Below are positions 9,661-21,599 of a stretch of 32,000 nucleotides of DNA, piece by piece. How positions within the stretch are numbered: the first letter of the stretch is position 1; the number at the start of each line of letters is the position of its first letter. The stretch covers positions 14,856-46,855 of the forward strand of contig CAZMGY010000034.1 in assembly GCA_964565945.1 (NCBI GenBank), written 5' to 3'. A model generated the notes under the pieces. It was not told where the DNA came from, did no database searches, and saw only the letters and a list, made by a program, of their open reading frames with translations. Made by a program: the position numbers and the translations under genes. Source of the DNA: an uncultured bacterium. GTDB taxonomy: Bacteria > GCA-001730085.

Positions 9661-10236
9661 TTATTTAAAATTGTTGTTTTTATTGCGTTGCGTAGGGGGT
9701 CGACGTCGCTGTTGTCCTCGCGAATTATTTTTGCGAGGTTCGCGTGATCCTGGCTGAAAAGGGTTAACCGTTAGAGGACGAAACCATTCGGTTAAACGTT
9801 GAAAACGATAGTCAAACATTTGTTGGATTTGTCGTTTAACAATCAGATTATTGAGAAGATCGGACAAAGGTCCACCAGGAAGAGTGTAGGTGATGTCATC
9901 GGTGATTTCTGTGATTTCACTATTAAGCCCATTAATAATGTGTTTGTGCACCCATGTTTTAAAAGGACCGCGCACTTGTTGTTCCATAAACGACTTTTGC
10001 TTAGGGTTCCATTGAATGATTTCTGATTCCCAAAACATTGGAATGAGGGCTGGTTTGAATTTGAAACGTAATTTAAGTCCCTTGTGCATAATGATAGGGT
10101 AACTGTTTAAAATCTCGAGGCGATGTTTAGGGGGGGTAACTTGGCGTAAGTTGTAAGGATTAGAAAAAAACTCAAAAACAACTTCGGCATTAGCATTCAC
10201 AATTTGCTTACGTTTAAATGTGTATTTTTTACTCAT
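9661..10236 (-). CDS. SRPBCC (START/cyclase-dehydrase-like) family protein with a highly basic C-terminal tail
   Basis: 191 aa. Size and pattern resemble the small SRPBCC proteins often paired with TIGR01777 epimerases. Its start lies inside the upstream gene's stop (cATGAGTAA, 8-nt overlap). The tail reads PGSREPRKNNSRGQQRRRPPTQRNKNNNFK. Confidence 0.55.
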   Translation of the reverse strand: MSKKYTFKRKQIVNANAEVVFEFFSNPYNLRQVTPPKHRLEILNSYPIIMHKGLKLRFKFKPALIPMFWESEIIQWNPKQKSFMEQQVRGPFKTWVHKHIINGLNSEITEITDDITYTLPGGPLSDLLNNLIVKRQIQQMFDYRFQRLTEWFRPLTVNPFQPGSREPRKNNSRGQQRRRPPTQRNKNNNFK

Positions 10237-11122
10237 GAGTCAAAAGCTCCTTTAAGGCCACTTCAAGAATTGGGTATTGAAATGTAAAGTTGAGTTCTCG
10301 GGCCCGTTTGGGTATAACACGTTGACCTTTGGTTAATAACATAGCTCTCTCTCCAAGCATAAGGCTCAAAACACCTTTGGGGGCTTTGAATAAGCAAGGA
10401 CGATGAAGTTCTTTAGCGATGCTTTTCATGAAATAGCGGTTGATAACAGGATAAGGTGCCGTTCCATTGATAACACCTCTGAATGATTTTGTTTTAATAA
10501 TGTTCAGGATCATATGAACCAAGTCATTGATATGAATCCAAGAAATCCATTGCCAGCCTGAACCTAAAGGGCCGCATATGCCTAAACGGACAGGGTGAGC
10601 CATTTTGGGAAACGTACCGCCATCGCGACCTAAAACAATGCCAAAGCGAACAATGCTAGAGCGATGTTTATTGTTTAACTTTTTGACCTCCTGTTCCCAT
10701 TTACGACATAATTGAGCTAAGTAATCTTTGCCCGATCGAGAACTTTCGTCGATGAAAGAGTCTCCGCTTGTTCCATAAAATCCGATGGCCGAAGCTTGAA
10801 TTAATGTTTGGGGTTTCGAGCTCAGGTTCATTAAGGTGACCAAGCGACGCGTGATTTTGATGCGACTTTCTTCTAATTTTTTCTTTTGGCTTGGCGACCA
10901 GCGGCGATCCCTAATCGGTTCTCCGCAAAGATTGATAACTACATCGTGATTTTGGATCACTTTGGGAAGGTTATTATCTTCCCAAGAGACATAGGTGTAA
11001 GATCTTGGTTCAGAAACTTTTCTGGACAAGATGGTGATGAAATATTTGTTACGATCTTGCTCCAGTGCTGTTATTAGGTGGCGTCCGATAAAACCTGATC
11101 CACCCGCAATTAAGATTTTCAT
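10229..11122 (-). CDS. TIGR01777-type NAD-dependent epimerase/dehydratase family protein (YfcH-like)
   Basis: 297 aa with an N-terminal Rossmann motif (MKILIAGGSGFIGRHL). AAGGAG lies 6 nt upstream of the ATG. The length and C-terminal region fit the YfcH/DUF1731 subfamily. Confidence 0.75.
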   Translation of the reverse strand: MKILIAGGSGFIGRHLITALEQDRNKYFITILSRKVSEPRSYTYVSWEDNNLPKVIQNHDVVINLCGEPIRDRRWSPSQKKKLEESRIKITRRLVTLMNLSSKPQTLIQASAIGFYGTSGDSFIDESSRSGKDYLAQLCRKWEQEVKKLNNKHRSSIVRFGIVLGRDGGTFPKMAHPVRLGICGPLGSGWQWISWIHINDLVHMILNIIKTKSFRGVINGTAPYPVINRYFMKSIAKELHRPCLFKAPKGVLSLMLGERAMLLTKGQRVIPKRARELNFTFQYPILEVALKELLTHE

Positions 11123-11140
11123 GTCATGCTCCTTGCATAC

Positions 11141-12244
11141 TTAAACGGATGATTTGTTTGCTTGTAATGGTTTTAAGTCTTCCCATGTTTTCATAATTTG
11201 GGTCGAGTCGTCAACCGAAAAAACAGGATCAAGGGAATCATTACCTAATAGTTTGTCTAAGTCAAAGTCCGAAACAATGTCAAAACCAGCATCGGAAATC
11301 ATTTGTAATGTTTTGCGAGCAGGACTTCCTTTGGTGTTGAGATAGCCATTAAGAAACAATGAGTCTGCAGGGTAAAAGGACATGACTTCGAGTCCTCTTA
11401 GGTGACCTTCTCGTCCTGCGGCTATTCTTAGTTCAGCTTTGGGGTTAAGTAAACGAAATAAACAAAGGGTGCGAAGACAAAACTGAGGGGGTATAGGGGT
11501 TGCTTGTTTAAGGAGATTGCCTTCAATGGGAACTAAAAAGTTGACTGGAATGGAGGGGGCTTCGAATTCACGAAGTTCTAAAGCGACATCGACTAAGTCA
11601 TCATGTGTTTCACCCATGCCAACAATCAATCCCGAACAGATTTCTAAATTAGCTTTTTGGGCGAACTTAAGAGTGTTGATGCGATCTTGGTAGGTGTGTG
11701 TGCTGCATATTGAGGGGTAATAACTGCGCGATGTGTTTAAGTTGTGATTGAGTCTGTCTAACCCAGCTTTTTTTAAGGTTTGAGCAGCTTCTTCGCCCAT
11801 GAGTCCTGCAGACACGCAAATCTGAAGGGGATAGGTGCTTTTAATTTTTCGAATCAATTGTGCCAATTGAGCCACACGTTTTTTGGAAGGACCACGACCC
11901 GAGCTGACCATGCAATAACGAAAAGCACCTGATTCGTAAGCTTTTTTGGCTTCGGCCATACATTCTTCTTCACTTTTGAGGGGGTACTCTTCGATAGCGG
12001 CTTTCGATGATTTGGCTTGGGCGCAGTAATTGCAATCTTCTGGACAAAACCCATTTTGAGTATTGTTAAGGATATGCAAAGTAATGCTATTGCCTTTGTG
12101 TGTTTTACGAACTTGATAAGCGGAGTCAAGCAATGGGAGTAGTTCAATATTAGGGTCGGACAAAATGCGTTTGCATTTGTCTCGATTAATCACTTCGCCG
12201 TTGAGGCTTTGTTGCCTCAGTTGTTGATAAAATTCGTGGTTCAT
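11141..12244 (-). CDS. bioB: biotin synthase (radical SAM)
   Basis: 367 aa. The radical-SAM cluster motif CPEDCNYCAQ matches BioB CPEDCKYCPQ. Also LNHNLNTS (BioB YNHNLDTS), TYQDRINTL and CSGLIVGMGET. It has a C-terminal extension of about 40 aa relative to E. coli BioB. Confidence 0.75.
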   Translation of the reverse strand: MNHEFYQQLRQQSLNGEVINRDKCKRILSDPNIELLPLLDSAYQVRKTHKGNSITLHILNNTQNGFCPEDCNYCAQAKSSKAAIEEYPLKSEEECMAEAKKAYESGAFRYCMVSSGRGPSKKRVAQLAQLIRKIKSTYPLQICVSAGLMGEEAAQTLKKAGLDRLNHNLNTSRSYYPSICSTHTYQDRINTLKFAQKANLEICSGLIVGMGETHDDLVDVALELREFEAPSIPVNFLVPIEGNLLKQATPIPPQFCLRTLCLFRLLNPKAELRIAAGREGHLRGLEVMSFYPADSLFLNGYLNTKGSPARKTLQMISDAGFDIVSDFDLDKLLGNDSLDPVFSVDDSTQIMKTWEDLKPLQANKSSV

Positions 12245-12339
12245 TTTGTATTCCTTTTGCTACTTGATTAAGGGACGTTACCGTCAAGCCCTGGTATGAC
12301 GAAAGCAAATGAGCCTAGTGATAATGATAAACTGTATCT

Positions 12340-14064
<1,725 letters not shown>

Positions 14065-14347
14065 CTATGTCAATGTATGGTTAATAACGTTTTTATGAGG
14101 TTCTATTATACACTGGAAAGCTTACAATTGTTTGGAGAGAGAAGTTTTTCTTATTGATGGGCGGGTGTGAGACAATCTTACACCTTTAATCACCAAATAA
14201 AAAAATGAGTGTTATGGGAGGAATGCTGTTTGTGACTATGTGGGCAATCACAAAGTTTCCAGCCCATATGACACAGGCAAAAGGGCGAGTAGATAAGCTT
14301 TAGTGGCAGTTGTTTTCATTAGGGGCATTGCCCCGTAGCATATAGGC

Positions 14348-17300
14348 TTAAATACTAAAGTATTTGGTTTTGGGGTGATGAAAAACCAATGCTGAGACCG
14401 AAGCTTCTGGCTCCATCATGCAATCTTCTGTGAGTTCGACACCCAAGTACTTGTTGGGTTCGAGTAAGAGCCATAGAATGTTTTGGTCGTCTAAATTAGG
14501 ACAGGCGGGGTAACCAAAGGAGACACGAATACCTTGGTACTTGGCTTGTAAAATGTTAGGAATACTCAGTTCGGGGCTATCGGGGATACCCCAGACTTGG
14601 CGAATGTTTCTGTGCAAGACTTCGGCCAAGGACTCGGCTGTTTCCATGGCAAGTGCAAAGAACGTGTGCGATAAAACGTATTCTCCTGCGTCGAGATATT
14701 CTCTGGCAATAGCGCCGACATCACAGCCCGCTGTTGTTACAAAAGCGCAAATTGTATCTGTGCGGTCGGGATGGACAAAGTCTGATAAGCATAGATCTTC
14801 GCCACCTTGCTGGCGTGGAAAATCAAATCGTTCTCTTTCTTGTTCAGTGTTAGGATCAAGAACAAGGATGCTATTGCCTTCGGGTTTAACTTTAAAAAAT
14901 TGATAAAGACCTTTTGGCTTGAAAAGATTTTCGTCGAGAATTTTTTGTTTGATTTGATCGACAGTTGCTTTTAACTTAAGGGCTTTGTCATCTCCTTTTT
15001 CGAGCAGGCGCTTGATTGAACCTTTAAGACCTAGATTTTTGCCATAAAGCATGTTGTTATTCAGGTAAGGCCAGACTTCTTCGGGAGAGTAGGAGACCAC
15101 GTGTCTTTTAAAATCAGGAGTTTTTGGTAGTTTGTGGCTGTGATCAAGAATGAATTTTTCTTTTTTGGACACCACGGTGGTTTTGGTTTTGATTTTGGTT
15201 TTGATTTGTTCGCAGCGGTTCAAAAACTGTGGTTTCCAAGTGGTGAAAAGTTCTGAATCAACGATATGATTGGAAATATCGAGACCATTCATGGCATCAC
15301 GGCAGTAGATCACCAAACCTTCGTATTCGGGAGTAATTTTGGTGATTGTGAAATTTTCGGAGAGAGCGGCACCTCCAACCAAAATGGGTGCATTGATGCC
15401 TGCCTCTTTCATATCTTTGGCGCTGATGACCATTTGGTGGGCTGATTTAACCAAAAGACCGCTGAGACCGATGAGATCAGGATTATGTTTTTTGGCTGCC
15501 TCGATCAAAACCGCGGATGGACACTTAATGCCTAAATTTACAACTTTGTAGCCATTGTTGCCCAAAATAATCTCGACTAAGTTTTTGCCAATATCGTGGA
15601 CATCCCCTTTAACGGTGGCTAAAAGGAGAGTTCCCTTAACATTAGTTTCCACTGCATCCATAAATTGTTCCAAATAATTGACGGAAGCCTTCATGGCTTC
15701 GGCTGATTGCAATACTTCGGCCACGATTAACTCGTTGTCGTTGAACATTTTTCCAACAATGGCCATAGCGGCCATGAGAGGGCCGTTGATGATGGCAAGC
15801 GGATTAGGATATTTTTGGCATGCTTCTTCGAGGTTTTCGATGAGATATTCTTTGGTGCCTTGCACAATATTGATTTCGAGCTTGTCTTCGATCGAGAGCT
15901 TGGAGCGATCGACTTTGGGCTTTTCGGACACGGCTTTATCCCGATAATAGGCCACAAAATTACTGATAGGATCGTTGCCATCCGTTTGCTTGTACCATAG
16001 CAAGTCATCGCACAATTTTTTTTCTTCGTCGGATAGGGTGGCGTAGCGTAGCATTTTTTCAGAATTGACAATAGCGGTATCTAGACCAGCTTGGGTGCAG
16101 TGATAAACAAACACTGTGTTTAAAGCTTCTCGTCCTGCTGGAGGAAGACCAAAAGATACATTCGAAATACCAAGAGTGGTTTTGCATCGAGGAAAGCGTT
16201 TTTTGATCAGGCGAACGCCTTCAATGGTTTCTTTACCCGAGCCAAAGTAGTTTTTATCTCCAGTTCCACAAGGGAAGACGAGTGGATCAAAGATAATATT
16301 TTCTTCGTGCAAACCATATTTTTCTGTTAGTAATTTGTGTGATTCAATCGCCACATCGAGTTTGTTTTCGGCGGTGACGGCCATTTCGCCGCGAATGCAA
16401 CCGACGACGACCGATGCGCCATATTTTTTAATCACAGGAACCAATTCTTCGAAACTTTTTTCACCATCTTCTAAATTAATCGAATTAAGAATGCACTTGC
16501 CTTGGGTAAGCTTAAACGCTTCTTCGATCACTTCGGGAACTTGAGAGTCGATCATGAAAGGTATTTTGACCAGCTTGGTGGCAATGCTTAGAAAAGCGAT
16601 GATATCGGACGTTTCGTCGCGGTCAGGATTGGACAGACAAACATCAATAATGTGAGCACCCGCTTTGACTTGTTTTCGAGCAATTTCGGCTGCGTCTTCG
16701 AATTTTTCTTCGATAATCATATTTTTGAAGAGGCGTGATCCAATCACATTGGTTCGTTCGGCCACAATGTAGGGGCGCCCCTCATCTTCCAAAACCAAAG
16801 ATTCGATACCTGATATGCGACTGGCATGCTCTTTTTGAGGTTCTCTCGGTTGTTTGTTGTGAGAAATATTAGCAAGAGCTGCAATATGTTCTGGTGTTGT
16901 TCCACAGCATCCTCCAAGCAAATTGATCCAGCCTTCTGCAATAAATTGCTCAAGAACTTTAGCTAACATGTCGGGGTTTTCCAAATATTCGCCATTTTCG
17001 TTGGGGAGACCTGCATTTGGCACAACGGCGACGGGACAACAGGCAATTTCGGACAATGTCCGAATATGGTCTTTCATAAAAGCTGGTCCTGTGGCGCAGT
17101 TAAGTCCGATGTAAAGGGGTGTCATATGTTCAACCGAAGCATAGAGAGCTTCGACACCTTGCCCGGCAAGCATAGTGCCCATCGTTTCGATGGTGCCCGA
17201 GATGGCAATGGGGAGTTCTTGGCCACATTCGTCAAAGGCTTGTAAAATGCCGACATAAGCAGCTTTGAGATTAAGTGTGTCGAGAGCTGTCTCAAGTAAA

Positions 17301-17776
17301 AGATAATCTGATCCACCTTTAATAAGGGGAATGGCTTGCTGTTTAAAGTTTTCGACCAATGTGTCGAAGGTGATACCACCAGTAACGGATAATGATTTAG
17401 TGGTCGGTCCCATAGATCCAGCGACAAAGCGAGGTTGTTCGGATGTCGAAAAGCGGTCGCAGGCCTGACGCGCAAGTTGGGCGGCTTGAAAGTTAATCTC
17501 GTAGTAGTGGTCTTGCAACTGATATTCTTTGAGAACAAGTGGAGTAGCGCCAAAGGTATTGGTTTCAATAATGCTGGCTCGAGCCCTTAAATAGCTTTCA
17601 TGGACAGTTGTGATGGTTTCGGGTTTAGTGATAACCAAGTATTCATTGCAGCCGTCGTATTCGGCACCTCCGAAATCGTCTGGTGTTAAATTCATATCTT
17701 GTAGGGAAGTGCCCATGGCGCCGTCGATGACTAAAATTTTACTATTAAGTTGTTCATAAATTATATGTTTATCCAA
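14348..17776 (-). CDS. metH: cobalamin-dependent methionine synthase MetH
   Basis: Hcy-binding domain (ILVIDGAMGT.., GGCCGTTPEHI), a pterin-binding domain, the B12-binding DxHxxG motif (GDVHDIGKN) and a C-terminal AdoMet-activation domain. Start trimmed to in-frame TTG 17774-17776 (LDKHIIYEQLNSKILVIDG), which parallels the E. coli N-terminus. No ATG lies between there and the conserved core. The track ORF runs to 18208 through the yggS gene on the other strand. Confidence 0.85.
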   Translation of the reverse strand: MDKHIIYEQLNSKILVIDGAMGTSLQDMNLTPDDFGGAEYDGCNEYLVITKPETITTVHESYLRARASIIETNTFGATPLVLKEYQLQDHYYEINFQAAQLARQACDRFSTSEQPRFVAGSMGPTTKSLSVTGGITFDTLVENFKQQAIPLIKGGSDYLLLETALDTLNLKAAYVGILQAFDECGQELPIAISGTIETMGTMLAGQGVEALYASVEHMTPLYIGLNCATGPAFMKDHIRTLSEIACCPVAVVPNAGLPNENGEYLENPDMLAKVLEQFIAEGWINLLGGCCGTTPEHIAALANISHNKQPREPQKEHASRISGIESLVLEDEGRPYIVAERTNVIGSRLFKNMIIEEKFEDAAEIARKQVKAGAHIIDVCLSNPDRDETSDIIAFLSIATKLVKIPFMIDSQVPEVIEEAFKLTQGKCILNSINLEDGEKSFEELVPVIKKYGASVVVGCIRGEMAVTAENKLDVAIESHKLLTEKYGLHEENIIFDPLVFPCGTGDKNYFGSGKETIEGVRLIKKRFPRCKTTLGISNVSFGLPPAGREALNTVFVYHCTQAGLDTAIVNSEKMLRYATLSDEEKKLCDDLLWYKQTDGNDPISNFVAYYRDKAVSEKPKVDRSKLSIEDKLEINIVQGTKEYLIENLEEACQKYPNPLAIINGPLMAAMAIVGKMFNDNELIVAEVLQSAEAMKASVNYLEQFMDAVETNVKGTLLLATVKGDVHDIGKNLVEIILGNNGYKVVNLGIKCPSAVLIEAAKKHNPDLIGLSGLLVKSAHQMVISAKDMKEAGINAPILVGGAALSENFTITKITPEYEGLVIYCRDAMNGLDISNHIVDSELFTTWKPQFLNRCEQIKTKIKTKTTVVSKKEKFILDHSHKLPKTPDFKRHVVSYSPEEVWPYLNNNMLYGKNLGLKGSIKRLLEKGDDKALKLKATVDQIKQKILDENLFKPKGLYQFFKVKPEGNSILVLDPNTEQERERFDFPRQQGGEDLCLSDFVHPDRTDTICAFVTTAGCDVGAIAREYLDAGEYVLSHTFFALAMETAESLAEVLHRNIRQVWGIPDSPELSIPNILQAKYQGIRVSFGYPACPNLDDQNILWLLLEPNKYLGVELTEDCMMEPEASVSALVFHHPKTKYFSI

Positions 17777-17878
17777 ATATTTGTCATTCTCACTAGATTG
17801 GGGTTTATAAAGCTCGTGATCATGTCGTAAGGTGATGCTTAGTGTGAAAAAGACATTATAACATGATAAAATGGTGGG

Positions 17879-18532
17879 ATGAAAGTATCTTGCGAACAAT
17901 TTCAGCAAAATAGACACAGGATTCAAGCTCATATCTCTGATTTTAATGGAGATATGGTGGTGGTGACCAAGTATTTTAGTGCCGAAGAGATGGATTTTCT
18001 TGCAGAGACAGATGTTGTTGATGTGGGAGAAAATCGGGTTCAGGCGCTTAAGGATAAACATGCTTATTGGGGTGATCGCTTTCGCTGGCATATGATAGGT
18101 CCATTGCAGACCAATAAAGTTAAACTGGTCGTTCAAATTTGTTCGATGATTCATTCGGTGGATCGTCTTAAACTTGCTTATGCTATTGATGCCGAAGCGA
18201 AAAAACAAGGCGCGCGTATGCCTAGTTGTTTGCAGGTAAATGTGCGTGGAGAGGAACGTAAACAGGGCTTTCGTCCTGAGGAGCTAAAATCTGTGTATAA
18301 TGAATTAAAGACATGCGAAGGTCTGGATATTCAGGGGCTTATGACAATGGCACCCTTGGTTGACGATCTGGAAGAGACGCGATCCTGCTTTAGGCATTTG
18401 CGTCGATTGGCAGATGACTTGAAGTTAAAACATTGTTCGATGGGGATGAGTCAAGATTTTCACGTAGCTGTTGAGGAAAGGGCGACGATCATTCGCTTGG
18501 GACGAGTGCTTTATAAGGAGTCTTTAGGATAA
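17879..18532 (+). CDS. yggS: YggS-family pyridoxal-phosphate homeostasis protein
   Basis: 217 aa. VVVTKYFSAEEM (PLP lysine context), DVGENRVQ, WHMIGPLQTNKV and the C-terminal SMGMS..D motifs of the YggS/PROSC family. Confidence 0.85.
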   Translation: MKVSCEQFQQNRHRIQAHISDFNGDMVVVTKYFSAEEMDFLAETDVVDVGENRVQALKDKHAYWGDRFRWHMIGPLQTNKVKLVVQICSMIHSVDRLKLAYAIDAEAKKQGARMPSCLQVNVRGEERKQGFRPEELKSVYNELKTCEGLDIQGLMTMAPLVDDLEETRSCFRHLRRLADDLKLKHCSMGMSQDFHVAVEERATIIRLGRVLYKESLG

Positions 18533-19335
18533 TGAATGCAAAAGTTGGTTTTACAGGTGCTGGTAATATGGCCGAAGCGATTATTCGTGGGGTCTTAGCT
18601 GCCAACATTTTAGACGTGGCTCATGTGGTTGTGAGTGATAAGTCGCAAAAGCGCTTAGCTCATATGCAAGATCATTACAGCATTAGGCATCTTTCTAATG
18701 AAGAGTTATTGGCTGAGGTGGACATTGTTGTTATTGCTGTTAAACCACAGGTTTTCGAAAGTATTCTTCCTATCTTGCAAAGCTCTTTTCGCTCAGACGT
18801 GTGTTACGTGTCGATTATGGCTGGTGTGACTATGACAAAACTGAGTGACATTGGTGTTGGTGCTAAAATTGTTCGCGTCATGCCTAACATGCCCGCTTTG
18901 ATAGGATTAGGAATGAGTGTTTTGTCGTGCTCGGATAATGTGGACACCAAGGTGCGCACACGGGTCAAAAATATATTTCAAGCGGTTGGCAAAACTTTGT
19001 GGGTCAATGAGTCTCAAATGGATGTTGTGACTGCTGTATCGGGAAGCGGACCAGCTTATGTGTTTCGTTTGGCCGAGGCGATGATTCAAGCGGCGGTGGG
19101 CAATGGCTTGAACGAAAGTGGGGCAAATGTGTTGGTGAAACAAACATTGAAGGGAGCTGCTGAGTTGATGATGCAGTCAACGGATACGCCAGCCGAATTG
19201 TGTCATAAAGTGAGTTCTCCAGGCGGAACTACATTGGCTGGCTTAGACGTTCTTGAGCAGGCTGATTTAAACCAAATTATGAATAACGTGGTGGTGGCTG
19301 CCAAAAAACGATCCGAAGAGTTAGGAAAGGAATAG
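18532..19335 (+). CDS. proC: pyrroline-5-carboxylate reductase
   Basis: 267 aa. N-terminal GFTGAGNMAEAI Rossmann motif, AVKPQ, VRVMPN, SGSGPAY, and SPGGTT near the C-terminus. Its ATG overlaps the yggS stop (TAATG). Confidence 0.9.
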   Translation: MNAKVGFTGAGNMAEAIIRGVLAANILDVAHVVVSDKSQKRLAHMQDHYSIRHLSNEELLAEVDIVVIAVKPQVFESILPILQSSFRSDVCYVSIMAGVTMTKLSDIGVGAKIVRVMPNMPALIGLGMSVLSCSDNVDTKVRTRVKNIFQAVGKTLWVNESQMDVVTAVSGSGPAYVFRLAEAMIQAAVGNGLNESGANVLVKQTLKGAAELMMQSTDTPAELCHKVSSPGGTTLAGLDVLEQADLNQIMNNVVVAAKKRSEELGKE

Positions 19336-19337
19336 CT

Positions 19338-19637
19338 ATGTTTGTGTTGGGGTATTTGTTTTTAGCTTTAGCCAAGTTGATTGGTATGGTGTTAAGTATT
19401 ATTTATTTTTTATTGGTGATTCGGATTATTATGTCTTGGGTTAATCCCGACCCGTATAACGATATTGTGCGGATGATTTATAAATTGACCGATCCCATTT
19501 TGAATCCCATTCGACGTATGTTGCCAATGCAAATGGGGATGATGGATTTTTCACCGATTGTGGCTTTTTTGGGCATCTATTTCTTGAATCAATTTTTGGT
19601 TAATATCCTTATGACGATGGGGCAACGGATGTTCTAA
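19338..19637 (+). CDS. yggT: YggT-family small membrane protein
   Basis: 99 aa, two hydrophobic spans, and the motif NPDPYNDIVRMIYKLTDPILNPIRR typical of YggT/Ycf19. Conserved neighbour of yggS and proC. Confidence 0.85.
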   Translation: MFVLGYLFLALAKLIGMVLSIIYFLLVIRIIMSWVNPDPYNDIVRMIYKLTDPILNPIRRMLPMQMGMMDFSPIVAFLGIYFLNQFLVNILMTMGQRMF

Positions 19638-20521
19638 TGCAAAAGCAATTTTTTGGATCAACAGATCTTTGGACAACGCCGTTGTGTTTTGGGGCTTGGC
19701 AGATTGGGGGTTTCCCCTTCTATAAGGATTGCGAGCGTGATCATGCCATAGCTTTAGTGCATGCTGTTCTCGATTTAGGTGTTAATTTTATTGATACGGC
19801 ACCCGTGTATGGGTTTGGCTTATCTGAGGAAATCTTGGGTGAAGCTTTGCAGGGCCGTCGTCACGAGCTTGTCCTTTCGAGTAAATGTGGTTTACAGTGG
19901 GACAAGGAAAGCCTTAGTGCGATTCATAAATGTGCCACGAGAGAGGCTATTATGCGAGATGTGGAGCAGTCGTTGCAACGACTGCAGACTGATTACATTG
20001 ATCTGTATCTTTTACATTGGCTCGATGTGAACACACCTCTTGAAGAAAGTATTTTGGCATTGCAAGAATTGAAGGATCAAGGTGTTGTGAAGCATATAGG
20101 TGTTTCGAATTTTTCTTTGGAGCAAATGCAAGAAGCTGTTACGTTTGGAGATGTAGAGGCCTTGCAATCGCGTTTGAGTCGTTTGCGTCCCGAAATCACA
20201 CCCGAAATGAGAATATTTTGTCTGGAGAGGGGTATCGGTATTCAAGCCTATTCTCCTTTAGAGAGAGGGCTTTTGACGGGGCAAACTTGGCAAAACCTGA
20301 AAGATAAAGATGAAGCGGCGATTCATTGGGCTTTGAAAAATGCGCCCAAAGGGTATGAAACAAAGATTGAAACGTGGGCTAAAGAAGCTGATGCGCAGGG
20401 TCTGAGTTTAACCCAAGCATCATTAAAATGGGTGTGTGACTTGGAGGGAGTGAGTTGTGCGATTGTGGGGAGTACGAACAAAGATCATATCGCAGAATGT
20501 TTGCAATCCTTCTCTGTGTGA
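19637..20521 (+). CDS. aldo/keto reductase family oxidoreductase
   Basis: 294 aa. GAWQIGG, NFIDTAPVYG.G.SEEILGEAL, IDLYLLHW and GVSNFS are AKR signatures. Its ATG overlaps the yggT stop (TAATG). Confidence 0.85.
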   Translation: MQKQFFGSTDLWTTPLCFGAWQIGGFPFYKDCERDHAIALVHAVLDLGVNFIDTAPVYGFGLSEEILGEALQGRRHELVLSSKCGLQWDKESLSAIHKCATREAIMRDVEQSLQRLQTDYIDLYLLHWLDVNTPLEESILALQELKDQGVVKHIGVSNFSLEQMQEAVTFGDVEALQSRLSRLRPEITPEMRIFCLERGIGIQAYSPLERGLLTGQTWQNLKDKDEAAIHWALKNAPKGYETKIETWAKEADAQGLSLTQASLKWVCDLEGVSCAIVGSTNKDHIAECLQSFSV

Positions 20522-20738
20522 AGGGCAATATCGTTTAACTGTAGAGCCTTTTAGCAAAGGCTGATGTTCGATTTATACCTTGGTCTTTGGATCTTTATGG
20601 ATTCGAGGGAATTTTACCGATTCAAGAGGCTTTGGTGTTTTAGCTGTGCTGCAAAGTTGTGCCCAACTATCGTGCAGTGATTTCTATCCGAAGTTTTCCT
20701 CTATGATGTTATAATAACGCTTTTCTTAAAAGGAGGAA

Positions 20739-21599
20739 ATGAATCATAAGGTGAGTGTTATGAGACAAATATTTATGTTTCCGGGGCAGGGCTCCCAGTC
20801 TAAAGGTATGGGGTTCGATCTTTTTGAGCAATTTTCTCAAGAAACGCAAGAGGCTAGCGATATTTTGGGCTATTGCATCAAAACTTTGTGCTTGGATGAT
20901 CCCAACGAAGAACTCAATCGTACGCAATTTACCCAGCCAGCCTTGTATATGGTGAATGCTTTGTCGATGATGAAACTAGCCGAAGACGGTGTTGTCCCCG
21001 ATATGGTTTTGGGTCACAGTTTGGGAGAGTATAATGCTTTACTGGCGGCTGGTGTGTTTGATTTTGAAACTGGTCTTAAACTTGTTCAAAAGCGTGGAGC
21101 TTTAATGGCTCAAGCTTCGGAGGGTGGCATGGCGGCGGTGATAGGCTTAACCCGTGAGCAAGTAGCTGAAGTTTTGTCCGACAACGCCTTAGATAGTATT
21201 GATTTGGCTAATCATAATGCCCACTTACAGGTGGTTCTTTCGGGCATGGCAGCCGATATTCAAGCTGCGATTCCCGTGTTTGAACAAGCTGGTGCCAAGC
21301 GTGTAATTCCTTTGGCTGTCAGTGGAGCGTTTCATTCACGCTATATGAAACATGCTCAAGAGGAGTTTTTAATTTTTTTGGATAGGGTTGATTTTAAAGA
21401 CCCATCTTTGCCTGTTATTTCAAACGTGACCGCTAAGCCTTACGAACTTAGTTCGATGAAGGAGAATTTAGCACAGCAATTGCTACAGCTGGTGCGTTGG
21501 GTTGAGAGCATGATCTATGTGTTGGAGCACGGTGACGTGGAATGTCGAGAAGTTGGCCCTGGTAAAGTGCTAGCTGGATTATTAAAGCGCCTAAAATAA
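20739..21599 (+). CDS. fabD: malonyl-CoA:ACP transacylase
   Basis: FMFPGQGSQSKGMG, the active-site GHSLGEYNALLAAG, and the AFHSRYM region. The start is uncertain: AGGAGG at 20731-20736 is only 2 nt from ATG 20739. In-frame ATG 20760 (MRQIFMFPGQGSQ) aligns best with E. coli FabD. Confidence 0.88.
   Translation: MNHKVSVMRQIFMFPGQGSQSKGMGFDLFEQFSQETQEASDILGYCIKTLCLDDPNEELNRTQFTQPALYMVNALSMMKLAEDGVVPDMVLGHSLGEYNALLAAGVFDFETGLKLVQKRGALMAQASEGGMAAVIGLTREQVAEVLSDNALDSIDLANHNAHLQVVLSGMAADIQAAIPVFEQAGAKRVIPLAVSGAFHSRYMKHAQEEFLIFLDRVDFKDPSLPVISNVTAKPYELSSMKENLAQQLLQLVRWVESMIYVLEHGDVECREVGPGKVLAGLLKRLK

Noticed and set aside
14308-14326. GGGGCAATGCCCC hairpin just after the metH stop, as an intrinsic terminator
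   Set aside because: The stem is only 5 bp with a 3-nt loop, and no U-tract follows on the minus strand. It is too weak to call.
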